Source: an uncultured Bacteroidales bacterium (GTDB lineage: Bacteria > Bacteroidota > Bacteroidia > Bacteroidales > BM520). Taken from it: a DNA stretch of 64,000 bases. The position numbers and the translations under genes are program-made. The DNA lies in contig CAYYSU010000002.1 in assembly GCA_964474455.1 (NCBI GenBank), positions 31,924 to 95,923 on the forward strand. The letters run 5' to 3'. The notes under the pieces were generated by a model that worked only from the letters and a program-made list of their open reading frames with translations, searched no databases and had not been told where the DNA came from. Positions 1 through 10,600 of this stretch are shown here, in pieces. The number at the start of each line of letters is the position of its first letter. The stretch's first letter is position 1.

Positions 1-2
1 AC

Positions 3-683
<681 letters not shown>

Positions 684-708
684 GAACACTTCTTTTCAGA
701 TATGAAAA

Positions 709-741
709 ATGCTGCCCTTTCATTTGGGTGGCATTTTTTTT
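709..741 (+). terminator. intrinsic terminator after PFOR
   Basis: Hairpin ATGCTGCCC-N8-GGGTGGCAT (9 bp including 2 G-U) runs into a T8 tract, 26 nt after the PFOR stop. The 709 ATG of the next ORF lies inside this hairpin. Confidence 0.6.
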
Positions 742-771
742 ATTCCCTATATTTACATGAAAATTTATAAG

Positions 772-1584
772 ATGAAAAAACTGACATTCCTTCTTCTATC
801 TGTGGTGATAATGGCATCATGTAATGTTATTAATCATGAACCTCAAAATCACAAAAATGATAAATCTGTAGATACCGAGTCATTGAAGTCGGTGCTATAT
901 ATTCAAACAGCCGCAGAGTACCGGGCACTGTGCTATCAAACCTTTAATTATGCCAAGCTACAACTTGACAACTACCTTAAGCGCATGAATATGTCAAAAA
1001 GGTACGCCATTGTAGTGGATATTGATGAAACAGTTTTGGATAACAGCCCTCATGCTGCTCAATCGATACTGGATGCTACAAATTATCCTGTGGGTTGGAC
1101 TGAGTGGATTAATAGAGCTGATGCAAAGCCAATACCCGGGTCATTGGAATTTTTGAATTATGCTTCTAAAAATGGCGTTGATGTGTTTTATATCAGTAAT
1201 AGAAAAGATGAGCTTAGAAAACCTACTCTTGTAAACCTCCGTGAAACAGGATTCCCGAATGTAGAGGATAAGTTTTTATTACTTCGAACATCAATTTCCG
1301 GAAAAGAACCCAGAAGAGAAATTGTAAAAGAGACACATGAAATTATTATGCTCTTTGGTGACAACCTGAATGATTTTCTTCCTGTTTTTGAAAAGAAGGG
1401 CATAAATGAGCGTTTTGACCTTGTGGATAAGTACGAAAAAGAGTTTGGCTCGATATTTTTCATGCTCCCAAACCCATCTTATGGCGACTGGGAGGGTGCT
1501 GTATATAATTATGATTACTCTCTATCGGAAAAAGAGAAGATGAATTATAAAAAAGATGCTCTTATTGGTTTTACAACTAAATAA
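772..1584 (+). CDS. class C acid phosphatase / 5'-nucleotidase, lipoprotein e(P4) family (HAD superfamily)
   Basis: DDDD-type motifs VVDIDETVLDNSP and FGDNLNDF; lipoprotein signal MKKLTFLLLSVVIMASC. Start moved from 709 to 772 (757 also possible). Confidence 0.8.
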   Translation: MKKLTFLLLSVVIMASCNVINHEPQNHKNDKSVDTESLKSVLYIQTAAEYRALCYQTFNYAKLQLDNYLKRMNMSKRYAIVVDIDETVLDNSPHAAQSILDATNYPVGWTEWINRADAKPIPGSLEFLNYASKNGVDVFYISNRKDELRKPTLVNLRETGFPNVEDKFLLLRTSISGKEPRREIVKETHEIIMLFGDNLNDFLPVFEKKGINERFDLVDKYEKEFGSIFFMLPNPSYGDWEGAVYNYDYSLSEKEKMNYKKDALIGFTTK

Positions 1585-2140
1585 TTGATCTTTTTTCCGT
1601 AATAACAGCGTCCATGGGAATGTCATGCTTCTCTATTGGTACGCAGTCTAGTAGCTGGAAGTCGTAACAAATCCCCATCTTTACAGCAATAGTGGATGTC
1701 AGTAGTCCATCGTAGTAAGCTTTACCTCTTCCCATTCTGTTTTTGGAAATGTCGAATGCCACACCGGGGGTAATGATAAGCTGTAGTGATTCTCTGTTAA
1801 CAAAGAGTGGTCCTACAGGTTCCGCAATGCCAAAGCTCTCGCCGATCTTCATTGATTCCATACCTTTGAATTCGCGTAACTCGAGAGTGTCTCCTTTTAC
1901 GCAGGGGAGGATAATCTTTTTTTTACGACTCCATCTACGCACCGCTTCATGGGTCATAACTTCATCACTCATCGACCAGAAAACCATTATCGTATGGGCA
2001 TCTTTAAAGGCAGCGGTCTCTTCAATTTTTTTTATGATTATTTCAGAGGCGATGTGTTTTTCCTCTTCAGATTGTTTCTTTTTTAGTACCAGAATCTCTT
2101 TCCGGAGTATTTTTTTTTGAATGTCGGTATCTGTTGTCAT
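1577..2140 (-). CDS. 5-formyltetrahydrofolate cyclo-ligase
   Basis: Family motifs ILPCV..LELREF, GIAEP, IITPGVAFD and NRMGRGKAYYD; ATG start. Has an 8-nt tail-to-tail overlap with the phosphatase gene. Confidence 0.85.
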   Translation of the reverse strand: MTTDTDIQKKILRKEILVLKKKQSEEEKHIASEIIIKKIEETAAFKDAHTIMVFWSMSDEVMTHEAVRRWSRKKKIILPCVKGDTLELREFKGMESMKIGESFGIAEPVGPLFVNRESLQLIITPGVAFDISKNRMGRGKAYYDGLLTSTIAVKMGICYDFQLLDCVPIEKHDIPMDAVITEKRSII

Positions 2141-2151
2141 GGCCTAAATAT

Positions 2152-2187
2152 AAAAAAAACGCCGGAGGATATTTTTCCCTCCGGCGT
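2152..2187 (-). terminator. intrinsic terminator after sppA
   Basis: Perfect 10-bp stem ACGCCGGAGG / CCTCCGGCGT (2159-2168 / 2178-2187), followed on the minus strand by a T7-8 run (A-run 2152-2158). Confidence 0.75.
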
Positions 2188-2208
2188 CAAAGTTATATAT
2201 AAAATGTG

Positions 2209-3975
2209 TTAGTCGATATATATATCATATGGAAGACGTGCCTGAATACCCTGCATCTGATCAATATTTTTTAATGTTTGGATGTATTGATAATATGGAC
2301 CCATAGCTTTTTCAAGAGTCTTTACAGAAGCTTCCCCACTTATGATCTCCATAATTTGTTCAAGTGGATCTTTATAATCGGGGAGCTGGCGTATGCGAAA
2401 GTTTTTAAGGTTTGCTGCCTCGGCAGCCAGTTCAATGGCTCTTTCCAAACCACCAAACTCATCAATGAGTCCAATTTCTATTGCATCGGAGCCGGCCCAC
2501 ACACGACCCTGCCCGATATTGTCAACCTCCTCGCGTGTCATATCTCTTCCTTCAGCTACCAAGCTGGTGAAATTGAAGTATGTATCAGTAACACTTCTCT
2601 TTAGCTCAGCATGTTCATAGTCGTTGAGAGGGCGAAAAACGTCAGGGAAACCGGAATTTTTATTTGTACTAACATTGTCAGTGGTGATTCCGATTCTGTT
2701 TTTCAAAAGGCCTTCCATATTCGGGAACATTCCGAAAACACCAATTGATCCTGTGATTGTATTTGGCAAGGCAACGATTTTATCTGCGTAACAGCTGATG
2801 TAATAACCACCTGAAGCCGCGACATCGCCATAGGATGCGATTATAGGCTTCTCTTCCTGCAACAGGCGCAGCTCGCGAAGAATAACGTCAGATGCCAGGA
2901 CGCTTCCTCCCGGTGAGTTAACACGTAGAACGACAGATTTTATGTTGTCGTCCAAACGGGCTTTGCGAATGGCTTTAATAAAGTTTACCGATCCGACAGT
3001 GTTTTCGTCAGCCTTGCCATCAACGATACTTCCTGAAGCATATATCACAGCAATTTTTTCCTTTGCGAAAGAGTTGTCGTCTTCCACTTTAACTTTGGTG
3101 TATTTGGAAAGTTTAATAGCAGTGATTTCTCCGTCAGATTCTTTTTCCACCGCTTTGTTGATAGCATCATAAACCTGGTCTATGTATGCTATTTCATCAA
3201 TGAGCCCGGCATTTAATGCTCTTTGGGCGTCCAATCCTGTGAGTTTGTCTGCGTATTCATTGAGCTGCTCTTTAGAAAGCCCACGAGAGACAGCAATCTT
3301 ATCAAGAAAACTATCCCAGATAGCGTTAACGTATTTTCCTGTCTGTTCGCGGTTGGCTTCCGACATTTTTTCCATATAAAAGGGCTCCACAGCACTCTTA
3401 TACTTATTGCCGTCGGGACGAAGTATCTGTACCTCCACATCAACATCCTCCAGAAGATTCTTGTAGAACATCACCTGCGCGTTGAGGCCTTTAAATTCTA
3501 CCGCTCCGGTAGGGTTAAGAAACACCTTGTCGGCGACAGTAGCAAGGTAGTATGCCTTTTGTGTGTATAATTCACCATATGCGTAAATAAACTTTCCTGA
3601 TTTTTTGAAATCTTCCAACGCATTGCGGATTTCGGTAATTGTGGCAGAACCTGCTACAATATTACTGATGCTCAGGAATATGCCCTCTATTCGTTTGTCC
3701 TTTTCCGCTTTATCAAGGTTTTCGAGAATCTCAGTAAGACCTACAGGGTTTGTCATGTTGCTAAATGACATTAGCGTAGAGTTTTTTTGTGTCCTGTCCT
3801 TAATAGGGTAGTTGAGGTTCATTTGTAAAACACTTCCATCTTTTACCTTTACTTCTTGATTATCAGTAAAAGAAAGCAGCGAAACCATCATTGCGCCGAA
3901 AATAAAAAATAGGACGATGAAAGTCACGACTAATCCTGTGATCGTGGCCAGGGTGTACTTGAAGAATTCTTTCAT
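2209..3975 (-). CDS. sppA: signal peptide peptidase SppA, 67K type
   Basis: 588 aa with an N-terminal TM segment and two ClpP/crotonase-like halves, including VNSPGGSVLASD and GDVAASGGYYISC. Confidence 0.9.
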   Translation of the reverse strand: MKEFFKYTLATITGLVVTFIVLFFIFGAMMVSLLSFTDNQEVKVKDGSVLQMNLNYPIKDRTQKNSTLMSFSNMTNPVGLTEILENLDKAEKDKRIEGIFLSISNIVAGSATITEIRNALEDFKKSGKFIYAYGELYTQKAYYLATVADKVFLNPTGAVEFKGLNAQVMFYKNLLEDVDVEVQILRPDGNKYKSAVEPFYMEKMSEANREQTGKYVNAIWDSFLDKIAVSRGLSKEQLNEYADKLTGLDAQRALNAGLIDEIAYIDQVYDAINKAVEKESDGEITAIKLSKYTKVKVEDDNSFAKEKIAVIYASGSIVDGKADENTVGSVNFIKAIRKARLDDNIKSVVLRVNSPGGSVLASDVILRELRLLQEEKPIIASYGDVAASGGYYISCYADKIVALPNTITGSIGVFGMFPNMEGLLKNRIGITTDNVSTNKNSGFPDVFRPLNDYEHAELKRSVTDTYFNFTSLVAEGRDMTREEVDNIGQGRVWAGSDAIEIGLIDEFGGLERAIELAAEAANLKNFRIRQLPDYKDPLEQIMEIISGEASVKTLEKAMGPYYQYIQTLKNIDQMQGIQARLPYDIYID

Positions 3976-4098
3976 ATTATGTCTGTTTGATTGAACTGCA
4001 AAGATACAGTAATTTTATAAAATGTTATTTTGCACATGGTATAGATGAGATTATTATCATAATGTTACAAAAGGGGCAAAAAAAATGTAATTTTGAAT

Positions 4099-4605
4099 AT
4101 GCAAAACAGGTTAGTGCTGCTATTAGGCGGAAATTTAGGTTGTCGTGATGTTGTTCTGGATTTATGCCTAACGAAACTCCGGAGTTGTGTAGGTGGAATT
4201 GATAGGATATCAGGGTTTTATGAATCTGAGCCTTGGGGTTTTGCTGATACTGTTCCGCTGTTTTGGAATTGTATTGTTATGATGAATACTACTGCTAGTC
4301 CTTTTCAGGTTTTGAGTATCACACAGGAAATAGAGAAAGAGCTTGGAAGAACACATAAAGCGACAGAATTATATATGTCGCGAATTATTGATATTGATAT
4401 TCTTTTTTTTAATGAAGATATTATAGAGAGTCCTGAATTGATGATTCCACATACAGGTATAGCGGAGCGTCGTTTTGTTTTGGTGCCGTTGAATGAAATC
4501 GCATCGGATTACATTCATCCTGTGTTGAAAAAGAGTATCTCTTCGCTTTTGGAAGAGTGCGAGGATTACTCTGGAGTTATACGAGTAAGAAATATTAAGT
4601 TATAA
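4099..4605 (+). CDS. folK: 2-amino-4-hydroxy-6-hydroxymethyldihydropteridine diphosphokinase
   Basis: Motifs ESEPWGF, RIIDIDILFF and IPHTGIAERRFVLVPLNEI. The track start at 4093 is TTG; the first ATG is at 4099. Confidence 0.9.
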   Translation: MQNRLVLLLGGNLGCRDVVLDLCLTKLRSCVGGIDRISGFYESEPWGFADTVPLFWNCIVMMNTTASPFQVLSITQEIEKELGRTHKATELYMSRIIDIDILFFNEDIIESPELMIPHTGIAERRFVLVPLNEIASDYIHPVLKKSISSLLEECEDYSGVIRVRNIKL

Positions 4606-5237
4606 TGAATTATAATTATATAACCATAGAAGGGTGTATCGGAGCCGGAAAAACTTCCCTGGCCCAACGGGTTGCAAATGATTTTAACGGTAAATTAATA
4701 CTGGAGCAATTTGAGGATAATCCTTTTCTCCCTAAATTTTATAAAGATCAGGAGAAATACGCTTTTCCCCTTGAAATGTCTTTTCTGGCTTCCCGATACC
4801 AACAACTAATGGATCAGCTCTTCACACAGGATCTTTTTCATGAGTTTACCGTATCGGATTATTTTATTACCAAGTCATTGATTTTCGCTCGCCGAACGTT
4901 GGTGAGTGATGAGCTATCTCTCTACAGTAAGCTATTTCATATTATTGAAGCCAATCTGCCTAAACCTCAACTGCTAGTGTACCTCTATTCAGATATTGAC
5001 AGACTGTTGAGTAATATCAGGAAACGAGGTCGTGACTATGAGCAGGATATCTCTGCGGATTATTTAAGTAAAATTCAATCAGGCTACTTTGATTATATCC
5101 GCCAGCAGAGTGATAAAAGGATTCTTATTATTGATACAAATAAGGTGGATTTTGTTGCCAATGAAGATGAATACAGGAGTATGGTAGATTTGATAATGCA
5201 TGAATGGCCTGTGGGAACGCATAGAGTTGTCGTATAA
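4605..5237 (+). CDS. deoxynucleoside kinase (dAK/dGK/dCK family)
   Basis: P-loop IEGCIGAGKTSLA, FEDNPFL, and an RKRGRDYE lid-like motif. The start overlaps the folK stop by 1 nt (TAATG). Confidence 0.85.
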   Translation: MNYNYITIEGCIGAGKTSLAQRVANDFNGKLILEQFEDNPFLPKFYKDQEKYAFPLEMSFLASRYQQLMDQLFTQDLFHEFTVSDYFITKSLIFARRTLVSDELSLYSKLFHIIEANLPKPQLLVYLYSDIDRLLSNIRKRGRDYEQDISADYLSKIQSGYFDYIRQQSDKRILIIDTNKVDFVANEDEYRSMVDLIMHEWPVGTHRVVV

Positions 5238-5261
5238 AAATTTATTTATTGGATATAAAAA

Positions 5262-5286
5262 AAACCCGGTTTTTTAAGCCAGGTTT
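5262..5286. terminator. possible bidirectional terminator between convergent genes
   Basis: AAACCCGG-N9-CCAGGTTT hairpin with one mismatch, flanked by an A-run upstream and a T-run downstream. The stem is weak. Confidence 0.45.
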
Positions 5287-5308
5287 TTTTAGTATGCGGT
5301 ATAATCAA

Positions 5309-7078
5309 TTATTTTATAACTTCCATGAATAGGGGGTCGTCAAAGAATTTTAGGAATTCTCTGTCAGCCATGGCTTTCTTGGCAAGCTCAGGCTTAATCT
5401 TGATAGCTTTTGCAAGATACTCGGCCATTGTAGTTTTGTTGTCAGTGCGGGCAGCAATAACTGCCATCAGGTAGTTAGTCATACAATTCTCTTCGCTACA
5501 CTTAAGTGTTTTAGATGCAGCATCATATTTATTTTCGAGAACCTGTACCAGTGCTTTGTTATAGTTACAATCTTTAGCATTGAGAGCTTTCATTGCCGCG
5601 CCATATTTACCTTTTGTAATGTCAATGATAGCTGTATTATAAGCTACATCAACACCAAGGCCTTTAGCTTTGTTGTAAAGCGACATTGCATTGTCATAAT
5701 CTCCTGCTTTACTTGCCGCAACACCCATATTATTAGTAATCATAGGATTGTTAGGGCTGAGTTCGTTAGCCTTCTCAATGTAAGTTACAGCCTCATCAGT
5801 TTTGTTCATACTGAGGTAAGTGGCTGCTACGTTGTTATGACCTTTCCAATCTTTAGGAAACAAGTCAGTTGCAGACTTATATATCTGTAATTTTGTGTTG
5901 AAATCATCAGTCAGAGTACCTGCGTAAATAAGCTCTTTCAGCGTGAGATCTGCGGGATTGTTAACTGCGAGGTCAGCAATTTGCTCTGCAGTTTTCTTAG
6001 GCTCAAAGCATGTTACTTTAATTTCAACGCGACGCAGTGGAGGGAGGATCTCATCAGCGATCTCGTTATAAACGAGAGTCATATTTCTGATTTCCTGTTC
6101 TTTTTTCAGTGGGTTAGACTGTGACTTTACAACGTTAAGGACGATATTTTTATCTTTCAGATTTGAAGCTTCAACAGCCTTGATAAATCCGTTCCAGTCT
6201 TCACCAAGCCCGCGAGTACTGATAGAGTACTTTTGCTCAGGATTCTCAACTTTCACGGTAGCATTTTTGTCTTTAAGAAGATTGTTGTACAGTTTCTTAA
6301 GGATTGTCATACCGGACTCAGCACGTTTTTCAGAGAGGCCTTCGTTGAAAGATTCTTCACCTTCCGGCGAAGCGTAAGCGTTAATTTCGATGTTCTTAAC
6401 TTCCCAACCCTGATCGATGAAATTCTGGAGAGCATTAAGCTGTTGCTTAACATTCATCTCTTTGTTCATGTCAAGGTTGTAGTTGATATTAGAACGGTTT
6501 ACCAGGAAATAGAAAGTCGCTGATTGGCTTGCAGGAGTGATAAGCTCATAATATTCGTCACTCTTCATACCAAGCTTGGCGGCATTTTCACGTGATGCGA
6601 ACCAGATGTCTTCATCATGCATAATGAACTGTGAGGTCATAATAGTACCGTCCGCGAGTTTCACTTCTGCAGTTTCCTGTGCTTTACCTTTTTTTGTTAT
6701 CGCTGGTTCTACAACGAGAACAGCCTCTTCCATACCTGGTTCGTAATCGATAACAGTGTTGTAAGAGAATTTGCCTCCGTTTTTAGTGCTGACAACCTGG
6801 CCAACACCTCCAGCTTTTTCGCCTTTAAGGGTCATAGACTTCAGTTCTTTCTCTTTTCCGTTGTATTTAAGTACCGGAGTGAATTCAACAACGGCTTTTT
6901 TGTGGAAACTTTTTTCAGAGATAGTGCCGTCTACTTTAACAGCGATTTTTCCACCGTTGTTTTCCAGAGTCTCTGGCTCTACGGTATAAGAACCGGGCAT
7001 TTGAGTAGATACACAGCCAGACAACATGCCTACGATTAGCAACAGAGCAGGCAGAAGTTTAATGTAACTTTTTTTCAT
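5309..7078 (-). CDS. lipoprotein with OmpA-C-like peptidoglycan-binding motif and C-terminal TPR repeats
   Basis: Lipoprotein signal MKKSYIKLLPALLLIVGMLSGC; motif YASPEGEESFNEGLSEKRAESG (NxxLSxxRA); TPR-like helical repeats in the last ~200 aa. Start moved from 7129 to ATG 7078. Confidence 0.6.
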   Translation of the reverse strand: MKKSYIKLLPALLLIVGMLSGCVSTQMPGSYTVEPETLENNGGKIAVKVDGTISEKSFHKKAVVEFTPVLKYNGKEKELKSMTLKGEKAGGVGQVVSTKNGGKFSYNTVIDYEPGMEEAVLVVEPAITKKGKAQETAEVKLADGTIMTSQFIMHDEDIWFASRENAAKLGMKSDEYYELITPASQSATFYFLVNRSNINYNLDMNKEMNVKQQLNALQNFIDQGWEVKNIEINAYASPEGEESFNEGLSEKRAESGMTILKKLYNNLLKDKNATVKVENPEQKYSISTRGLGEDWNGFIKAVEASNLKDKNIVLNVVKSQSNPLKKEQEIRNMTLVYNEIADEILPPLRRVEIKVTCFEPKKTAEQIADLAVNNPADLTLKELIYAGTLTDDFNTKLQIYKSATDLFPKDWKGHNNVAATYLSMNKTDEAVTYIEKANELSPNNPMITNNMGVAASKAGDYDNAMSLYNKAKGLGVDVAYNTAIIDITKGKYGAAMKALNAKDCNYNKALVQVLENKYDAASKTLKCSEENCMTNYLMAVIAARTDNKTTMAEYLAKAIKIKPELAKKAMADREFLKFFDDPLFMEVIK

Positions 7079-7476
7079 AATGGAATGGCTTTTTGTTTTA
7101 TTACTATGTTTTTTGATTTTCAAATACATTTAGTGTGCAAATATAAAAAATATCCCTGATAAATGTGTTATCGCATGTATGTTTTTGTGCTCAAAGTTAA
7201 TTATGTTCAAAATTATTTAATCTGCATATTGAAATTTGTGAGATTTTTTCACTCGGAAATGCTTAATAAGCATGGTAATAATGATTCTTGAAATCGGTTA
7301 ATTGTTAAAATAAGATACGTGTTGTGGGTAGTTGTTAGAGGCAAAAGTTCTATTATATATTTATCAGTATTTTTATTATTGTGTTTATTTTTATTGCTGA
7401 TTATATCTATCTTTATTGTGAAGTTGAAAAACCTCGATTTTTTGCTATTATTATACTAATTAATCTTGTTGGCTTT

Positions 7477-7507
7477 TTTGTGTTCTGCTTTTAAAGTGAT
7501 AAATTTG
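7477..7507 (+). promoter_or_regulatory. candidate Bacteroidota sigma-A promoter for the giant-adhesin locus
   Basis: TTTG (7477-7480) and TAAATTTG (7500-7507, fits TAnnTTTG) separated by 19 bp. This lies ~110 nt upstream of ATG 7620. Confidence 0.4.
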
Positions 7508-7619
7508 GCGGGCACAAAAAGCAGGATGCAAATCCAGGGAAGCAAGCATGTTTTTTTTTGATAGTAGTTGAGAGTGGTTGTTTTGCTTGGAAATGAGACC
7601 TTTATTAAATACTCCGTAT

Positions 7620-10600
7620 ATGAAAACACCGCGAAACAATCTGGTTATAACTACACTACTTGCATTTCTCTTTCTGCTATTAAATTTATCGGCATTCTGT
7701 TATGATGAAGTTAAGTATATAGTCTCTCCCGGCGTATCCGGCACATGGCATCCGGATACTCTTTATGTCGTTACTGTTAATATACATATTGCAGAAGAAG
7801 ATACCCTGCATATTCTTCCCGGTACTCAGGTTGAGTTTGAAAAAGATCGCCGTTTTGAGGTCTCCGGTGTATTATTAGCTGAAGGAACTCAGAATGACAG
7901 AATTGTTTTTTCAAGAATCGCCAACTCAGACAATAAATGGAATGGTATCAGATTAATGAGTGCCAAGGGTTTTTCTGCTAACTGGATTTCAAAATTTAAG
8001 TATTGCGATTTTAGCCATATTAATGCCAATGACGGTGCCGCTTTATCAGTAAATAACGGTGTCTCTGATATTTCTGACTGTAGTTTTAGTGATATTGATT
8101 CCAATGGTATCGTTATTCAAAGTGGTTGCCCGGCAGAATCCATTAACTTTACAAATAATACGTTTTCATCTGTTATCGGTTATCCTGTTAATATTTATCA
8201 AAATTATTCTCTCTCGGATATTACTGTAAAACATAATAATTTTTCCGATTGCCATGCAGGGGTCATCGTCAATACTACTCAGATCACTTCATTTTTATTT
8301 GAAGATAACCAGATAATAAACTCACAACTTGATGTCTCTTTTTTGTCAATAACCGGTAATCCATTTCTAAATTCTGTTGTCATAAAATATAATGATATTC
8401 AGAATGTTACAAGTGTTGATGATGTTCCATATATTGTTTATATATATGAAAATGCACAGCTGGATAATTTTGAATTTACAAACAATGAGGTTGTATCTTC
8501 CATAAGAATGTTGTGGCTCGAAGGAGTAAATTCAGCAACTATTGAAGGAAATGATTTTTCCCAGTCCCAGAATATTGTCTTCGAGCACCTTTACCACATC
8601 TCGGCTGACAATATTACCATCAGTAATGAAGCGATTAATCAAATGGACTTGAAGGAGCTTGGCGCCTCTTATAGCTCATTATACAGCCTTGTTCCTGCTA
8701 ATAATGTTTCTATTGATGGCTGCTTTTTCAATGAAATAGAGGCAAACTGTTTCTTTGTTCATCCGGATCTTTCGTTTAGTGAAATAAGTATTCTTGATAA
8801 CCATGTTATCGATTGTAATTCGGTGTTCAATGATGGGGGAGTCCTGCGGTTGGAATCTGTTGATGCTATAACTATAGAGAGAATCCGAATCAGTGATAAT
8901 ACTTTTTCCGGTGTTGTTTCAGATAATTATGGAGGCACTATATATATGGCACTCTCAGGTAGCAGCATAGGAGAATTTATTTCAGAAGGTAATAGTTACG
9001 ATAGCGAAACTGATGATTCCGGAGGTGTAATCTATATGGATTGTGCATCAGTATCCGTGTTGAAATTTATTGATGATATTATTATAAAGGGTGAAATTAC
9101 TGATAGCAATCCCGATGAAGGTACCGGTGGTTTTCTTTCGTTACAATTAGAGGTCGCTCCGGATACAATCCTTGTAAAAGAGTGCGATGTTACTAGAGCT
9201 CACGCATTTTCAGATGGCGGCTTCATGTTTATTGATATTGAAGACTCTGATTCTGATTTTGCATTACTGAAATTGGAGAATATCGTTTATAGAGATGTTC
9301 AAAGTGATGTTGGAAATGGAGGTTTTCTTTCGTTATATACTTCAGGTGGGGTAGGAACTGTCCAGATCTCAGGTGTTGAAACGGAAGGTGCTTTTGAAAG
9401 AAAAGGATTATCCGGTGGGTTTGTATATATGCAAACAAATCGTGGTCCGGAAGTTTTTGATGTTACTAACAGCAATTTGGAACAAATCACAGCCTCACAT
9501 TTGGGGGGGCATATCGCCATACTCACAGAGGGAGATATAAATACTGTTATTGTTGATGATTGCTCTTTCTCTTCAAATCCTTCGTCCGAAATTACCCCAC
9601 TAACAGGTGGAGCTTTGTACTTCTCTGCCAACAATGTTGATGTGACAACTATCAGTAACAATACCTTTAATAACCTGGCGTCCATTGAAAATGGAGGGAT
9701 GATATTTATTGCAGCATCAGAGGGTTTTGAGCGCCAGGAATATATAAACAACAACTTTGGGTCTGGAAATTCAGGCGGAATGGGTGGTGCAATATATTTG
9801 TCTGCAACTGATAATCTACCTGAAAAGTGTCTATTTGCAGAGAACGATTTTTCATATATTCAATCCGGTGGCAATGGCGGAGCAGTATATATAGCTCTGG
9901 AAGATGGTGATATGGAGAAGGGTCTCCTCCTTAGTGATAACGCTTTTGAAAGTTGCTCTGCAGGTCAGAATGGATCCGGGGGTTCTATGTTCGTAGAGTG
10001 CGGTACCATAAATGACTCCTTGATGGTGAAGAACTCATCGTTTGCAGATTGTGAAGCCTATGCCTCAGGAGGAGCTTTGTATTTCTTAGCCGATAATATT
10101 GAAAACATAATCGTTGATGGTGAAAATAGTTCCGGGTTTAATAATTGTGTTGCATTAAATGGCGACGGTGGAGCTCTTTTTCTCTCCTCCTCGGCGCAGG
10201 GAGTTCAGTGTGCTGAGTTTAAAAATATGACATGCAACGGCAACCAGGCATCCACGAATGCTCACGGTATGGGAGGGTTTGTTGCCTTGAATTCTAACGG
10301 TAATTTGATGCATGCTCTGACACTTGAGAACCTTAGTGTTAATGGCTTCTCTTCTGAGGGCTCAGGTGGTGTTTTCTATCTTAATTTTTATAATCATAGT
10401 ATTATTGATATTGTTGATGTGAATGGTTGTGAATTTGAAAACTGCATCGCCACAGGCGATAACGCTAATGGCGGTGTCGTGGAGTTGATCGCAGGAGATA
10501 TTCTTGCTGACATCACTATCTATAACAACTCATTCGATGGATGCACCGCCGGGTTTAATGGCGGAGCAATGAATATTGATGCTGAAAATATTAAGGGTGT

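Noticed and set aside
4603-4607. 1-nt TAATG stop/start overlaps (folK/dNK at 4605, murF/anmK at 61543, exbD/tonB at 59218) as something special
   Set aside because: This is ordinary translational coupling within operons of functionally related genes, so it is not novel.
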